Below, one piece after another: positions 17,586 to 26,689 of a DNA stretch of 34,939 bases. The stretch is from a virus (taxonomy: Duplodnaviria > Heunggongvirae > Uroviricota > Caudoviricetes): IMG/VR virus record IMGVR_UViG_2541047957_000002; one strand, written 5' to 3'. The translations under genes were made by a program, and so were the position numbers. The notes under the pieces were generated by a model. The model worked only from the letters and a program-made list of their open reading frames with translations, did not search any database and was not told the DNA's origin. Positions within the stretch are counted from its first letter, which is position 1. The number at the start of each line of letters is the position of its first letter.

Positions 17586-17718
17586 CGGTGACCTGAACGC
17601 GTTGCTGGATGAAACGGAGGCCGCCTGGGCGGTCTGTGCAGACAAAGTGGACATGATTATTGCGTGTCAGGAGCGAAACAGTGAACAAACCACAATCCCT
17701 GCGCCACGCCCTCAATAA
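17428..17718 (+). CDS. lysC: o-spanin lipoprotein (LysC / Rz1-like), overlapping lysB in another frame
   Basis: Lipobox LTLSGC after a short hydrophobic signal; Pro-rich mature part; starts inside lysB and extends beyond its stop. Confidence 0.6.
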   Translation: MRTRIYAAGLILLCLLTLSGCGNAPHSPEVQLTVSGCPRVTPCRLGQAAPRTNGDLNALLDETEAAWAVCADKVDMIIACQERNSEQTTIPAPRPQ

Positions 17719-18112
17719 AGCGGTGCCTTATGTCCGCAATAACCCGGACAAACTGCATCTGTTTGTGGATAACGGTTCGCTGGTTGCCACGGGGGCCAGC
17801 TCCATGTCATGGGAGTACCGCTACACCCTGAACGTGGTGATAGAGGATTTCAGCGGCGACCAGAATCTGCTGATGGCCCCGGTTTTACTGTGGCTTCGGG
17901 ATAACCAGCCCGATGCCATCAATAACCCGGCGTTACGGGAAAAGCTATTCACCTTTGATGTGGATATTTTGCGCAACGATGTCTGTGATATCAGCCTTAA
18001 CCTGCAACTGACGGAACGTGTGCTGGTCAGCACTGACGGCAGTGTGTCGAGCGTTGAAGCTGTAGCAGAACCCGATGAACCTGAAGAAATGTGGACGGTG
18101 AAACGTGGCTGA
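17681..18112 (+). CDS. R: Tail completion protein R (P2 gpR)
   Basis: Position and size; GTG 17681 with AGGAGCG RBS is preferred over the TTG 17660 used by the ORF track. Confidence 0.72.
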   Translation: MNKPQSLRHALNKAVPYVRNNPDKLHLFVDNGSLVATGASSMSWEYRYTLNVVIEDFSGDQNLLMAPVLLWLRDNQPDAINNPALREKLFTFDVDILRNDVCDISLNLQLTERVLVSTDGSVSSVEAVAEPDEPEEMWTVKRG

Positions 18113-18551
18113 ACTGCAGAAGGTGGACGACTGGCTGAGTGCCTTGCTGGCGAATCTGGAACCAGCCACGAGAAGCCGCATGATGCGCCAGCTGGCGCAG
18201 GAACTGCGCCGGACACAGCAGCAGAATATCAGGATGCAGCGCAATCCAGATGGCAGCAGTTATGAACCGCGCAGGGTAACAGCACGCAGCAAGAAGGGGC
18301 GCATCAAACGTCAGATGTTTGCAAAGCTGCGCACCACAAAATACCTGAAAACTGCCGCCAGCGCCGACTCTGCCAGCGTACAGTTTGAAGGCAAGGTGCA
18401 GCGTATTGCCCGTGTTCACCATTACGGCCTGCGTGATCGCGTCAGTCGCAAAGGACCGGAGGTCCGTTACGCAGAGCGCCGCCTGCTGGGTGTAAATGAT
18501 GATGTTGAGGCAATGACCCGCGACATGATTCTGCAATGGCTGGCGGGGTGA
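18105..18551 (+). CDS. S: Tail completion protein S (P2 gpS)
   Basis: 148 aa, GTG start overlapping the R stop. Confidence 0.75.
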   Translation: MAELQKVDDWLSALLANLEPATRSRMMRQLAQELRRTQQQNIRMQRNPDGSSYEPRRVTARSKKGRIKRQMFAKLRTTKYLKTAASADSASVQFEGKVQRIARVHHYGLRDRVSRKGPEVRYAERRLLGVNDDVEAMTRDMILQWLAG

Positions 18552-18555
18552 TCTT

Positions 18556-18573
18556 TGTATCAGCACTGATACA
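18556..18573. promoter_or_regulatory. Ogr-type late promoter box TGT-N12-ACA (upstream of V), perfect palindrome
   Basis: TGTATCAGCACTGATACA, about 50 bp upstream of the V start codon. Confidence 0.6.
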
Positions 18574-18619
18574 AGTTGCAGCACTGCCGCCTTTCTTCCC
18601 CTGATGGCAACCTTTCCCT

Positions 18620-19198
18620 ATGAACGCACAATTAACCGAAATCATGCGCCTTATCACCAACCTGATCCGCACAGGGGTAGTCACCGAAGTGGACAGGGAA
18701 AACTGGCTTTGCCGGGTGAAAACGGGCGAGCTTGAAACCAACTGGATCAGCTGGCTGACGCTGCGTGCCGGGAATGCCCGCACATGGTGGCGACCATCGG
18801 AAGGTGAGCAGGTGGTGCTGCTGAGTCTGGGCGGCAATCTGGAAACCGCCTTTGCGTTACCCGCCATCTATTCGAATCAGTTCGCGCCACCGTCGACGTC
18901 GGCGGACGCCTGCGTGACAGAACATCCTGACGGTGGCTGGTTTGAATACGAACCCGCCACCGGGCGCTGGTATGTCAGGGGCATCAAATCAATGGTCATT
19001 GAGGCCGCTGACAACATCACCATGAAAACCAGTGAGTTTGTACTGGAGGCTGACCGCACGCGCATTAACAGCGAAGTGGTGATCAATGGTGGCGTTACCC
19101 AGGGCGGCGGAGCGATGAGTTCTAACGGGATCGTGGTTGATGCGCATCAGCATACTGGCGTCCTGAAAGGCGGCGATACAACCGGAGGCCCGGTATGA
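18620..19198 (+). CDS. V: Baseplate spike/assembly protein V (P2 gpV)
   Basis: 192 aa; first gene of the V-W-J-I-H-G operon. Confidence 0.85.
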   Translation: MNAQLTEIMRLITNLIRTGVVTEVDRENWLCRVKTGELETNWISWLTLRAGNARTWWRPSEGEQVVLLSLGGNLETAFALPAIYSNQFAPPSTSADACVTEHPDGGWFEYEPATGRWYVRGIKSMVIEAADNITMKTSEFVLEADRTRINSEVVINGGVTQGGGAMSSNGIVVDAHQHTGVLKGGDTTGGPV

Positions 19199-19554
19199 CG
19201 CTTTATAGCGGGATGAACAATACCAGCGGCAAAGTCATTACTGATATTGATCATCTGCGCCAGTCGGTGCGGGACATTCTGCTGACACCGCAGGGTAGCC
19301 GTATTGCCCGCCGGGAATATGGTTCCCTGCTGTCGGCACTGATAGATCAGCCACAAAATCCGGCATTACGCCTGCAGGTCATGTCGGCAGTGTATGTGGC
19401 GCTGAGTCGCTGGGAGCCACGGTTGACGCTGGATTCCATCACCATCAACAGCAATTTTGACGGTTCAATGGTGGTGGAGCTGACCGGGCGGCGGAATAAC
19501 GGTGTGCCTGTGTCCCTTTCCGTATCAACAGGAGCAGAGAATGGCAGTGATTGA
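19195..19554 (+). CDS. W: Baseplate protein W (P2 gpW)
   Basis: 119 aa, position after V. Confidence 0.85.
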   Translation: MTLYSGMNNTSGKVITDIDHLRQSVRDILLTPQGSRIARREYGSLLSALIDQPQNPALRLQVMSAVYVALSRWEPRLTLDSITINSNFDGSMVVELTGRRNNGVPVSLSVSTGAENGSD

Positions 19555-20449
19555 CCTTTCGCAGTTGCCTGCACCGCAGATTGTGGATGTGCCGGACTTT
19601 GAGACGCTGCTTGCCGAACGCAAGGCAGAATTTGTGGCGCTTCATCCGAAAGATGAGCAGGAAGCAGTGATCCGCACGCTGGAACTGGAATCTGAACCCG
19701 CCACTAAATTGTTGCAGGAGAACGCTTACCGTGAGTTGCTTCTGCGCCAGCGCATTAACGAAGCCGCGCAGGCGGTGATGGTGGCTTACGCGATGGGCGG
19801 CGATCTTGACCAGCTCGCTGCCAACTACAACGTGACACGCCTGACGGTGACGCCTGCTGATAATGATGCTGTGCCGCCCGTTGCAGCTGTGATGGAAAGC
19901 GATGAAGCGTTGCGCCTGCGTGTGCCTGCAGCCTTTGAAGGGCTTTCTGTTGCGGGGCCAACTGCAGCTTATGAATTTCATGCCCGAAGCGCCGACGGTC
20001 GGGTGGCGGATGCTAGTGCAACCAGCCCGGCACCTGCAGAGGTGGTGCTGACTGTCCTTAGCCGCGAAGGCGATGGAACTGCAGAAAAAGACCTGCTGGA
20101 CGTGGTGGAAAAAGCTCTGAACAGTGAGAACGTCCGCCCGGTGGCTGACCGTCTTACGGTTCGCAGCGCAGAAATCATCCCGTATCGCGTGGAAGCCACC
20201 ATTTTTCTCTATCCGGGACCGGAAGCAGAGCCGGTAATGGCAGCGGCAAAAGCCAGTCTGCAGAAGTACATTGCCAGCCAGACGAGGCTTGGTCGGGATA
20301 TTCGCCGTAGCGCCATCTTTGCTGCTCTGCATGTTGAGGGTGTTCAACGTGTGGAACTGGCTTCTCCGCTGGCGGATGTGGTCCTGAACAAAACACAGGC
20401 GGCATCATGTACGCAGTGGAGCGTAACCAACGGAGGAACGGATGAATAG
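19541..20449 (+). CDS. J: Baseplate protein J (P2 gpJ)
   Basis: ATG 19541 with AGGAGCAGAGA RBS; 302 aa; position after W. Confidence 0.85.
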   Translation: MAVIDLSQLPAPQIVDVPDFETLLAERKAEFVALHPKDEQEAVIRTLELESEPATKLLQENAYRELLLRQRINEAAQAVMVAYAMGGDLDQLAANYNVTRLTVTPADNDAVPPVAAVMESDEALRLRVPAAFEGLSVAGPTAAYEFHARSADGRVADASATSPAPAEVVLTVLSREGDGTAEKDLLDVVEKALNSENVRPVADRLTVRSAEIIPYRVEATIFLYPGPEAEPVMAAAKASLQKYIASQTRLGRDIRRSAIFAALHVEGVQRVELASPLADVVLNKTQAASCTQWSVTNGGTDE

Positions 20450-21047
20450 TCTGCTGCCACCGGGTTCAACTTCACTGGAGCGCCGACTGGCGCAAACCTG
20501 TAGCGGGATTTCTGATTTGCAGGTGCCGCTGCGTGACTTGTGGAATCCGGCTACCTGTCCGGTCAGCTTCCTGCCTTATCTCGCCTGGGCGTTCTCTGTG
20601 GATCGCTGGGACGAGGGCTGGACAGAAAGCGTCAAACGCCAGGTAGTGAAGGATGCTTTTTATATTCATCAGCATAAAGGAACCACCAGTGCCGTGCGGC
20701 GGGTGGTGGAACCGTTCGGATTCCTGATCCGCATTATTGAGTGGTGGCAGACCGGAGAAACACCGGGCACGTTTCGCCTGGATATCGGCGTGCAGGACCA
20801 GGGCATCACTGAAGATACCTATCTGGAACTTGAGCGACTGATAAGCGATGCCAAACCATGTAGCCGCCACATGATCGGCATGTCCATCAATCTGCAGACC
20901 AGCGGCCCGCATTGGGTGGGAGCCGCCAGCTATCTTGGCGAAGAAATCACGATCTATCCGTATATCAACGAAACGATTATTTCCGGTGGCACCGCGCATG
21001 AAGGCGGGGCGGTCCATGTTATTGACACAATGAGAGTGAATCCATGA
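20442..21047 (+). CDS. I: Tail protein I (P2 gpI)
   Basis: 201 aa, between J and the tail fibre gene H. Confidence 0.8.
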   Translation: MNSLLPPGSTSLERRLAQTCSGISDLQVPLRDLWNPATCPVSFLPYLAWAFSVDRWDEGWTESVKRQVVKDAFYIHQHKGTTSAVRRVVEPFGFLIRIIEWWQTGETPGTFRLDIGVQDQGITEDTYLELERLISDAKPCSRHMIGMSINLQTSGPHWVGAASYLGEEITIYPYINETIISGGTAHEGGAVHVIDTMRVNP

Positions 21048-22675
21048 GCACAAAATTTTATACCCTGCTGACGGATATTGGCGCGGCGAAACTTGCCAGC
21101 GCCGCCGCGCTCGGTGTGCCGCTAAAAATTACCCATATGGCGGTGGGCGATGGCGGTGGAGTATTGCCAACGCCGGACGCAAAGCAGACGGCACTGGTAA
21201 ATGAGAAACGCCGGGCTGCGCTGAATATGCTTTATATCGACCCGCAGAACAGCAGCCAGATTATTGCCGAACAGGTGATCCCTGAAAACGAGGGCGGTTG
21301 GTGGATACGTGAAGTGGGCTTGTTTGATGAGTCCGGGGCATTGATTGCCGTGGGCAACTGCCCGGAAAGCTATAAGCCGCAACTGGCTGAAGGTAGCGGG
21401 CGCACTCAGACCGTGCGCATGGTGCTGATTACCAGCAGCACGGACAATATCACCCTGAAAATCGACCCTGCTGTAGTGCTGGCAACCCGCAAGTATGTGG
21501 ATGACAAGGCACTGGAGCTGAAGGTGTACGCGGATGATCAGATGGCAAAACATCTTGCCGCACCGGACCCGCATTCACAGTACGCGCCAAAAGCCAGCCC
21601 GACATTTACCGGAACCCCCAAAGCGCCAACGCCAGCGGCGGGGAATAATACCACGCAGGTTGCGACCACTGCGTTTGTACAGGCGGCACTGACGGCCCTT
21701 ATTAATGGTGCGCCAGCCACGCTGGACACGCTGAAAGAAATAGCCGCAGCCATTAACAATGATCCGAATTTCAGTACCACCATTAACAATGCGCTGGCAC
21801 TTAAAGCACCGTTGTCGAGTCCGGCACTCACCGGAACGCCAACAGCCCCCACGGCGGCGCAGTCGGTCAACAATACACAGATTGCCACTACGGCTTTTGT
21901 GAAATCGGCGATTGCAGGAATGGTGGGTTCTGCACCTGCTGCACTGGATACACTGAACGAACTGGCGGCGGCACTGGGGAATGATCCGAACTTTGCCACG
22001 ACAATGCTTAATGCGCTGGCAGGTAAACAACCGCTGGACAATACGCTTACCAATTTGAGTGGAAAGGATGTAGCTGGTCTTCTCACATACCTTGGTATCG
22101 GAGAAATCTATGCACCGATCAACAGCCCGTCGTTTACTGGTACCCCGTGCGTGCCAACAGCGGACCAGTCTGAAATAGATTTTCGTATTGCAAATACCGC
22201 ATTTGTTGCTCAGGCCATTGCGATTCTGAATGGCGGTGCACCTGCCGCATTGAACACACTAAAAAAACTGGCGTTGGCAATTAATAACGACGCTAGTTTT
22301 TATTCCACAGTAAACAATGCACTGGGACAGAAGGCCGCTCTGTCAGACTTTACATATTCCAAAACCAGTTCGTCTGTTGTAGGTAATCAACCGGGTGGAC
22401 TTCGTTTTATGTGTGGAGAAACATCTGTGCCGACAGATTCAAACGGCAATGTGTTTATCACATTACCTGACACGTTTTTAAATCGGGTTGTTTATGCAGA
22501 GGCACATCAGTCTAAAGGCAGCTATACCGCTGATGTGGAGCCTTTTATTTTCTCATCATACCCCACTTCGAATGGCCCAACTTCGACGATTTCGTTTGCA
22601 GTACGCAATTCTAAAACAGGTGTTCCGCTAATAAACTCAGCAATTACTCTCCAATATTTTGTTAAGGGCTACTGA
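21044..22675 (+). CDS. H: Tail fibre protein H, constant N-terminal part plus currently expressed variable C-terminus
   Basis: 543 aa; N-terminus matches the P2 gpH type (MSTKFYTLLTDIGAAKLA...); internal tail-fibre repeats; contains the left inversion crossover site. Confidence 0.9.
   Translation: MSTKFYTLLTDIGAAKLASAAALGVPLKITHMAVGDGGGVLPTPDAKQTALVNEKRRAALNMLYIDPQNSSQIIAEQVIPENEGGWWIREVGLFDESGALIAVGNCPESYKPQLAEGSGRTQTVRMVLITSSTDNITLKIDPAVVLATRKYVDDKALELKVYADDQMAKHLAAPDPHSQYAPKASPTFTGTPKAPTPAAGNNTTQVATTAFVQAALTALINGAPATLDTLKEIAAAINNDPNFSTTINNALALKAPLSSPALTGTPTAPTAAQSVNNTQIATTAFVKSAIAGMVGSAPAALDTLNELAAALGNDPNFATTMLNALAGKQPLDNTLTNLSGKDVAGLLTYLGIGEIYAPINSPSFTGTPCVPTADQSEIDFRIANTAFVAQAIAILNGGAPAALNTLKKLALAINNDASFYSTVNNALGQKAALSDFTYSKTSSSVVGNQPGGLRFMCGETSVPTDSNGNVFITLPDTFLNRVVYAEAHQSKGSYTADVEPFIFSSYPTSNGPTSTISFAVRNSKTGVPLINSAITLQYFVKGY
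21596..22345 (+). repeat. Three tandem tail-fibre repeat units within gene H
   Basis: Repeated peptide pattern SP.FTGTP.APT...NT.IATTAFV..AI....AP.ALDTL.ELA.A..ND..F..T..NAL starting at about 21596, 21818 and 22124. Confidence 0.6.
22080..22105. promoter_or_regulatory. Left inversion crossover site (hix/gix-like 26-bp site) inside gene H
   Basis: TTCTCACATACCTTGGTATCGGAGAA is an inverted repeat of the site at 24148-24173 and resembles the hix/gix consensus; both encode the same peptide frame. Confidence 0.6.
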
Positions 22676-23094
22676 TGAAAATATTTTACAGTCCATCGTT
22701 GAATGGTTTTTTACTTGAGGCGACAGCAGAAGAATATGACGGGGAGGATTTAACAGAGGTTAGTCAGGACGTATACAATCAGTTTATTGCAGGTTCAGAA
22801 ACTCAAATCATGGTTGCCGGTAATAGTGGCCCTGTGTGGCAGGATGCGCCGGGGCCGACACAGGAAGAACTGACTCAGGCGGCAGAGTATGAGCGCCAGC
22901 GGCGAATATATGACGCTAACGATTTCATGAACAGCAAACAATGGCCTGGTAAAGCAGCTATTGGTCGTCTGAAAGGTGAGGAACTGGCACAATATAATTT
23001 GTGGCTGGATTATCTGGACGCACTGGAGCTGGTCGATACCGCCAGTGCGCCAGATATTGAATGGCCTACGCCTCCGGCAGTTCAGGCCAGATGA
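22675..23094 (+). CDS. G: Tail fibre assembly chaperone (P2 gpG / Mu U-like)
   Basis: 139 aa, ATG overlapping the H stop; C-terminal motif APDIEWPTPP shared with the inverted paralogue. Confidence 0.8.
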   Translation: MKIFYSPSLNGFLLEATAEEYDGEDLTEVSQDVYNQFIAGSETQIMVAGNSGPVWQDAPGPTQEELTQAAEYERQRRIYDANDFMNSKQWPGKAAIGRLKGEELAQYNLWLDYLDALELVDTASAPDIEWPTPPAVQAR

Positions 23095-23668
23095 CATCCG
23101 GCGCGGTGCTGGTATCTGTTGCCGTCACCGCGTCAATGTAATCCAGCACAGTGTTAAGGCTGGTTGTTTCTGCCTGCGTCAGTTTACGTCCGGCCTGCAA
23201 TTTCAGCTGAATCAGACTGATTGAAGCCATTGCAGTATCAATCAGTGACTGGCGCTGTGCTTCTGCTGCATCTACTGCGGCGCTATGCTGTGCTTCGGTA
23301 TCCGTCACCCATTTCTCACCATCCCATTTATCGTATGGCGTTAACGGGGCGATAGTGGTTGTATTATCAGGGTAATCACCCGGAGCTGTGATTTCTTTTG
23401 ATTCTCCTGTTTCGGTGCTAAAGACGATTTCACCGCGATGGTCTGGCACATATTCCCATGAGTTAAAATCTGCAGAACGGCAGATTGCATAACCAGCTTT
23501 GTATGCGCCTGGAGCATCTAAACAGGAATATGCCGGAATGCCGACACCAACAGCAAGATATTCAGTTGAAGCTGAAATATACTCCCGTGTCTCACTGTCA
23601 TAGTTATAAACGGTAATATCTCCTGCCTTTGTGGCAATTAATTCACTGTTTAATTCTGCGTTATTCAT
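23066..23668 (-). CDS. Alternative tail fibre assembly chaperone (tfa', inverted orientation)
   Basis: 200 aa, convergent with G and overlapping it by 29 bp at the 3' ends; C-terminal APDVIWPELP motif. Confidence 0.7.
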   Translation of the reverse strand: MNNAELNSELIATKAGDITVYNYDSETREYISASTEYLAVGVGIPAYSCLDAPGAYKAGYAICRSADFNSWEYVPDHRGEIVFSTETGESKEITAPGDYPDNTTTIAPLTPYDKWDGEKWVTDTEAQHSAAVDAAEAQRQSLIDTAMASISLIQLKLQAGRKLTQAETTSLNTVLDYIDAVTATDTSTAPDVIWPELPEA

Positions 23669-24201
23669 TATGCGGCCCTCACAATATAGTTAAAAGCGAT
23701 ATTTCGTGGGCGCGTTTCATTCGCACCTGCAGGTTTAGTCGTTGCAGCAACAACACCACCCTCTGTAATAGCCGGGTTAGGAATTGGGTAATTATCGAAG
23801 TCAATGGCCGGAGACAAGGGCGTGATTTGTTTTAAAATCGTGGTGCCTGTAAAACTTTCCAGAGTCTGGTCGTTAGTTCGTGAAGTCCAGATTCCCCAAT
23901 AGTGGTTATGACTGACAATCGCACCGTCCTGAAGCGTTAATAATCCCCTTCCGTTATCCACTCCACGCCCGTCATCCCAGCCACGAATAAACTCACCGCG
24001 TAAATCAGGTAATTTATTTGTCGGATAAGCCTTTGCCAGTTCCGGGTATTCTTCAGCAGAAAAAGCTGCTCCGTTGCATTTTAGCCAGCCTGTCGGCGGA
24101 GTGGCTGAAGGCCACGGAACAGGCACCCCAACCGGTAATGCAGAGCCTTCTCCCAAACCAACGTTTATGAAAATGCAGAGATAACGGCTAACTGGCATCA
24201 T
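23668..24201 (-). CDS. Alternative tail fibre variable C-terminal segment (Hv'), silent in this orientation
   Basis: ORF carrying a tail-collar-like motif GWLKCNGAAFSAEEYPELAKAYP; its 5' region contains the right crossover site in frame with the H site, so inversion would fuse it to the constant part of H. Confidence 0.7.
   Translation of the reverse strand: MMPVSRYLCIFINVGLGEGSALPVGVPVPWPSATPPTGWLKCNGAAFSAEEYPELAKAYPTNKLPDLRGEFIRGWDDGRGVDNGRGLLTLQDGAIVSHNHYWGIWTSRTNDQTLESFTGTTILKQITPLSPAIDFDNYPIPNPAITEGGVVAATTKPAGANETRPRNIAFNYIVRAA
24148..24173. promoter_or_regulatory. Right inversion crossover site (hix/gix-like)
   Basis: TTCTCCCAAACCAACGTTTATGAAAA matches the Hin hix consensus TTCTTGAAAACCAAGGTTTTTGATAA at 20 of 26 positions and lies 50 bp upstream of the invertase gene. 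Confidence 0.65.
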
Positions 24202-24222
24202 CCCCGGTTTTTATTCAGGGGA

Positions 24223-24795
24223 TTGATCATGCTTATTGGCTATGTCCGCGTGTCAACAAATGACCAGAACACCGATTTGCAACGTAATGCACTGAACTGC
24301 GCGGGATGTGAGCGGATTTTTGAGGACAAAATCAGTGGCACTAAGTCCGACAGACCGGGGCTGAAAAAACTACTCAGGACACTATCGGCAGGAGACACGC
24401 TGGTTGTCTGGAAGCTGGACAGGTTGGGGCGCAGTATGCGGCATCTTGTTACGCTGATAGAAGAGTTGCGCCAGCGTGGTGTGAATTTCAGAAGCCTGAC
24501 TGACAGTATTGATACCAGTACCCCAATGGGCCGTTTCTTTTTTCATGTCATGGGTGCCCTGGCTGAAATGGAACGCGAACTGATAGTTGAACGTACCAGG
24601 GCAGGGCTGGCTGCAGCTCGTGCCAAAGGCAGAGTAGGTGGACGCCGTCCTAAGTTGACCACCGAACAGTGGGCACAGATTGGGCGTTTACTCGAGGCCG
24701 GAGAATCAAGACAGCGTATTGCACTGATTTTTGATGTAGGCGTTTCTACCATTTATAGAAAATTTCCGGCAAATAAGATCAATGAATCCCCCTGA
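24223..24795 (+). CDS. Serine DNA invertase (Hin/Gin/Pin/Cin family)
   Basis: 190 aa; N-terminal catalytic region GYVRVSTNDQNTDLQ and C-terminal HTH; classic resolvase/invertase architecture next to an invertible tail-fibre cassette. Confidence 0.9.
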   Translation: MIMLIGYVRVSTNDQNTDLQRNALNCAGCERIFEDKISGTKSDRPGLKKLLRTLSAGDTLVVWKLDRLGRSMRHLVTLIEELRQRGVNFRSLTDSIDTSTPMGRFFFHVMGALAEMERELIVERTRAGLAAARAKGRVGGRRPKLTTEQWAQIGRLLEAGESRQRIALIFDVGVSTIYRKFPANKINESP

Positions 24796-24843
24796 ATCAG
24801 CATTATGTTGATTATCCCTGCAAGCAGACAAATACCGTTATTT

Positions 24844-24861
24844 TGTGTGAATAACGACACA
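24844..24861. promoter_or_regulatory. Ogr-type late promoter box TGT-N12-ACA (upstream of FI)
   Basis: TGTgtgaataacgacACA, about 85 bp upstream of the FI start codon. Confidence 0.55.
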
Positions 24862-24937
24862 ACTGCGCTTAGCTGTTTGTCAGGCACAATCACTTCAACA
24901 TAGGGCGAAGCCTAATCCAATCAGGAGGTTCGCCACT

Positions 24938-26110
24938 ATGGCTCAGGATTACCACCACGGGGTGCGCGTTGTTGAAGTCAACGAAGGCACCCGATCTATT
25001 ACCACGGTGAGCACCGCCATCGTGGGTATGGTCTGCACGGGCGATGATGCCGATGCAAAAATGTTTCCTCTTAATAAACCCGTGCTGATCACTGATGTGC
25101 TGACTGCCAGCGGTAAAGCGGGTGAGTCAGGTACTCTGGCCCGTTCGCTGGATGCCATCGCTGACCAGGCAAAACCCGTGACCATTGTTGTGCGTGTGCC
25201 GCAGGGTGAAACGGAAGACGAAACCACGACCAATATCATCGGCGCAGTGACCGCTGAAGGTAAAAAAACAGGTATGAAAGCCCTGTTATCTGCCCAGTCA
25301 CAGCTCGGCGTTAAACCGCGCATTCTCGGCGTGCCAGGCCACGACACCAAGGCGGTAGCTACTGAGTTGCTGAGCGTGGCGCAAAGCCTGCGTGGATTTG
25401 CTTACCTGTCAGCGTATGGCTGCAAGACAGTGCAGGAGGCGATCACTTACCGCGAAAACTTCAGCCAGCGCGAAGGGATGCTGATCTGGCCTGACTTTAC
25501 TGGCTGGGACACGGTGCTGAATGCCGAAGCAACGGCATATGCCACCGCCCGTGCGCTTGGTCTGCGCGCCAAAATTGACGAGCAGACCGGATGGCACAAA
25601 AGCCTGTCCAACGTGGGCGTGAACGGTGTCACCGGAATTTCTGCAGATGTGTTCTGGGATCTGCAGGACCCGGCAACCGATGCAGGTCTGCTGAACCAGA
25701 ACGACGTCACCACGCTTGTGCGTAAAGACGGTTTCCGCTTCTGGGGTTCCCGCTGCCTGAGTGATGACCCGCTCTTTGCCTTCGAAAACTACACCCGCAC
25801 GGCGCAGGTGCTGATGGACACGATGGCAGAAGCACACATGTGGGCGGTGGATAAACCGCTGAACCCGTCGCTGGCCCGCGACATTATCGAAGGTATCCGC
25901 GCCAAAATGCGCAGCTTGGTCAGTCAGGGCTATCTCATTGGTGGTGATTGCTGGCTGGACGAGTCGGTGAACGACAAAGACACGCTTAAAGCCGGAAAAC
26001 TCACCATCGACTACGACTACACGCCAGTGCCGCCACTTGAAAATCTGATGCTGCGCCAGCGCATCACCGATCAGTACCTGGTGAATTTCGCCAGCCAGGT
26101 CAGCGCGTAA
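24938..26110 (+). CDS. FI: Contractile tail sheath protein (P2 gpFI)
   Basis: 390 aa, AGGAGG RBS; first gene of the FI-FII-E-T-U-D operon. Confidence 0.9.
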   Translation: MAQDYHHGVRVVEVNEGTRSITTVSTAIVGMVCTGDDADAKMFPLNKPVLITDVLTASGKAGESGTLARSLDAIADQAKPVTIVVRVPQGETEDETTTNIIGAVTAEGKKTGMKALLSAQSQLGVKPRILGVPGHDTKAVATELLSVAQSLRGFAYLSAYGCKTVQEAITYRENFSQREGMLIWPDFTGWDTVLNAEATAYATARALGLRAKIDEQTGWHKSLSNVGVNGVTGISADVFWDLQDPATDAGLLNQNDVTTLVRKDGFRFWGSRCLSDDPLFAFENYTRTAQVLMDTMAEAHMWAVDKPLNPSLARDIIEGIRAKMRSLVSQGYLIGGDCWLDESVNDKDTLKAGKLTIDYDYTPVPPLENLMLRQRITDQYLVNFASQVSA

Positions 26111-26119
26111 GGGGACAAC

Positions 26120-26635
26120 ATGGCTTTACCACGCAAATTAAAACATCTGAACCTGTTTAACGACGGGAACAACTGGCAGGGAATCGTTGAGTCGCTGACG
26201 CTGCCGAAATTCACCCGCAAATATGAGAAGTATCGCGGCGGCGGTATGCCGGGGGCGGTGGATGTGGATCTGGGACTGGATGACAGTGCACTGGATACAG
26301 AATTTTCTATTGGTGGTACCGAACTGCTGCTGTTTAAGCAGATGGGCAAATCCACGGTGGATGGCATCCAGTTGCGCTTTACCGGCTCTATCCAGCGTGA
26401 CGATACCGGGGAAGTGCAGGCCGTGGAGCTTGTGGTGCGTGGACGTCACAAAGAAGTGGATTCCGGCGAGTGGAAGACGGGCGAAAGCAACACCACCAAA
26501 GTGACCAGTACCAACAGCTACGCGAAGCTGACCATCAATGGTGAGGTGCTCTATGAAGTGGACCTTATCAACATGGTGGAAATTGTGGACGGTGTGGACC
26601 TGATGGAAGCGCACCGCAACGCCCTCGGCCTCTGA
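26120..26635 (+). CDS. FII: Tail tube protein (P2 gpFII)
   Basis: 171 aa, directly after the sheath gene. Confidence 0.9.
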   Translation: MALPRKLKHLNLFNDGNNWQGIVESLTLPKFTRKYEKYRGGGMPGAVDVDLGLDDSALDTEFSIGGTELLLFKQMGKSTVDGIQLRFTGSIQRDDTGEVQAVELVVRGRHKEVDSGEWKTGESNTTKVTSTNSYAKLTINGEVLYEVDLINMVEIVDGVDLMEAHRNALGL

Positions 26636-26689
26636 TGTATCTGAACGGCGCGGGATACCGCGCCAGAACCCAATTTACAGGACAACAAA

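Noticed and set aside
22358-22382. TATTCCAAAACCAGTTCG in gene H as an alternative crossover site
   Set aside because: It resembles only a gix half-site and lacks an inverted partner near the invertase; the 22080-22105 / 24148-24173 pair is a much better inverted repeat and preserves the reading frame.
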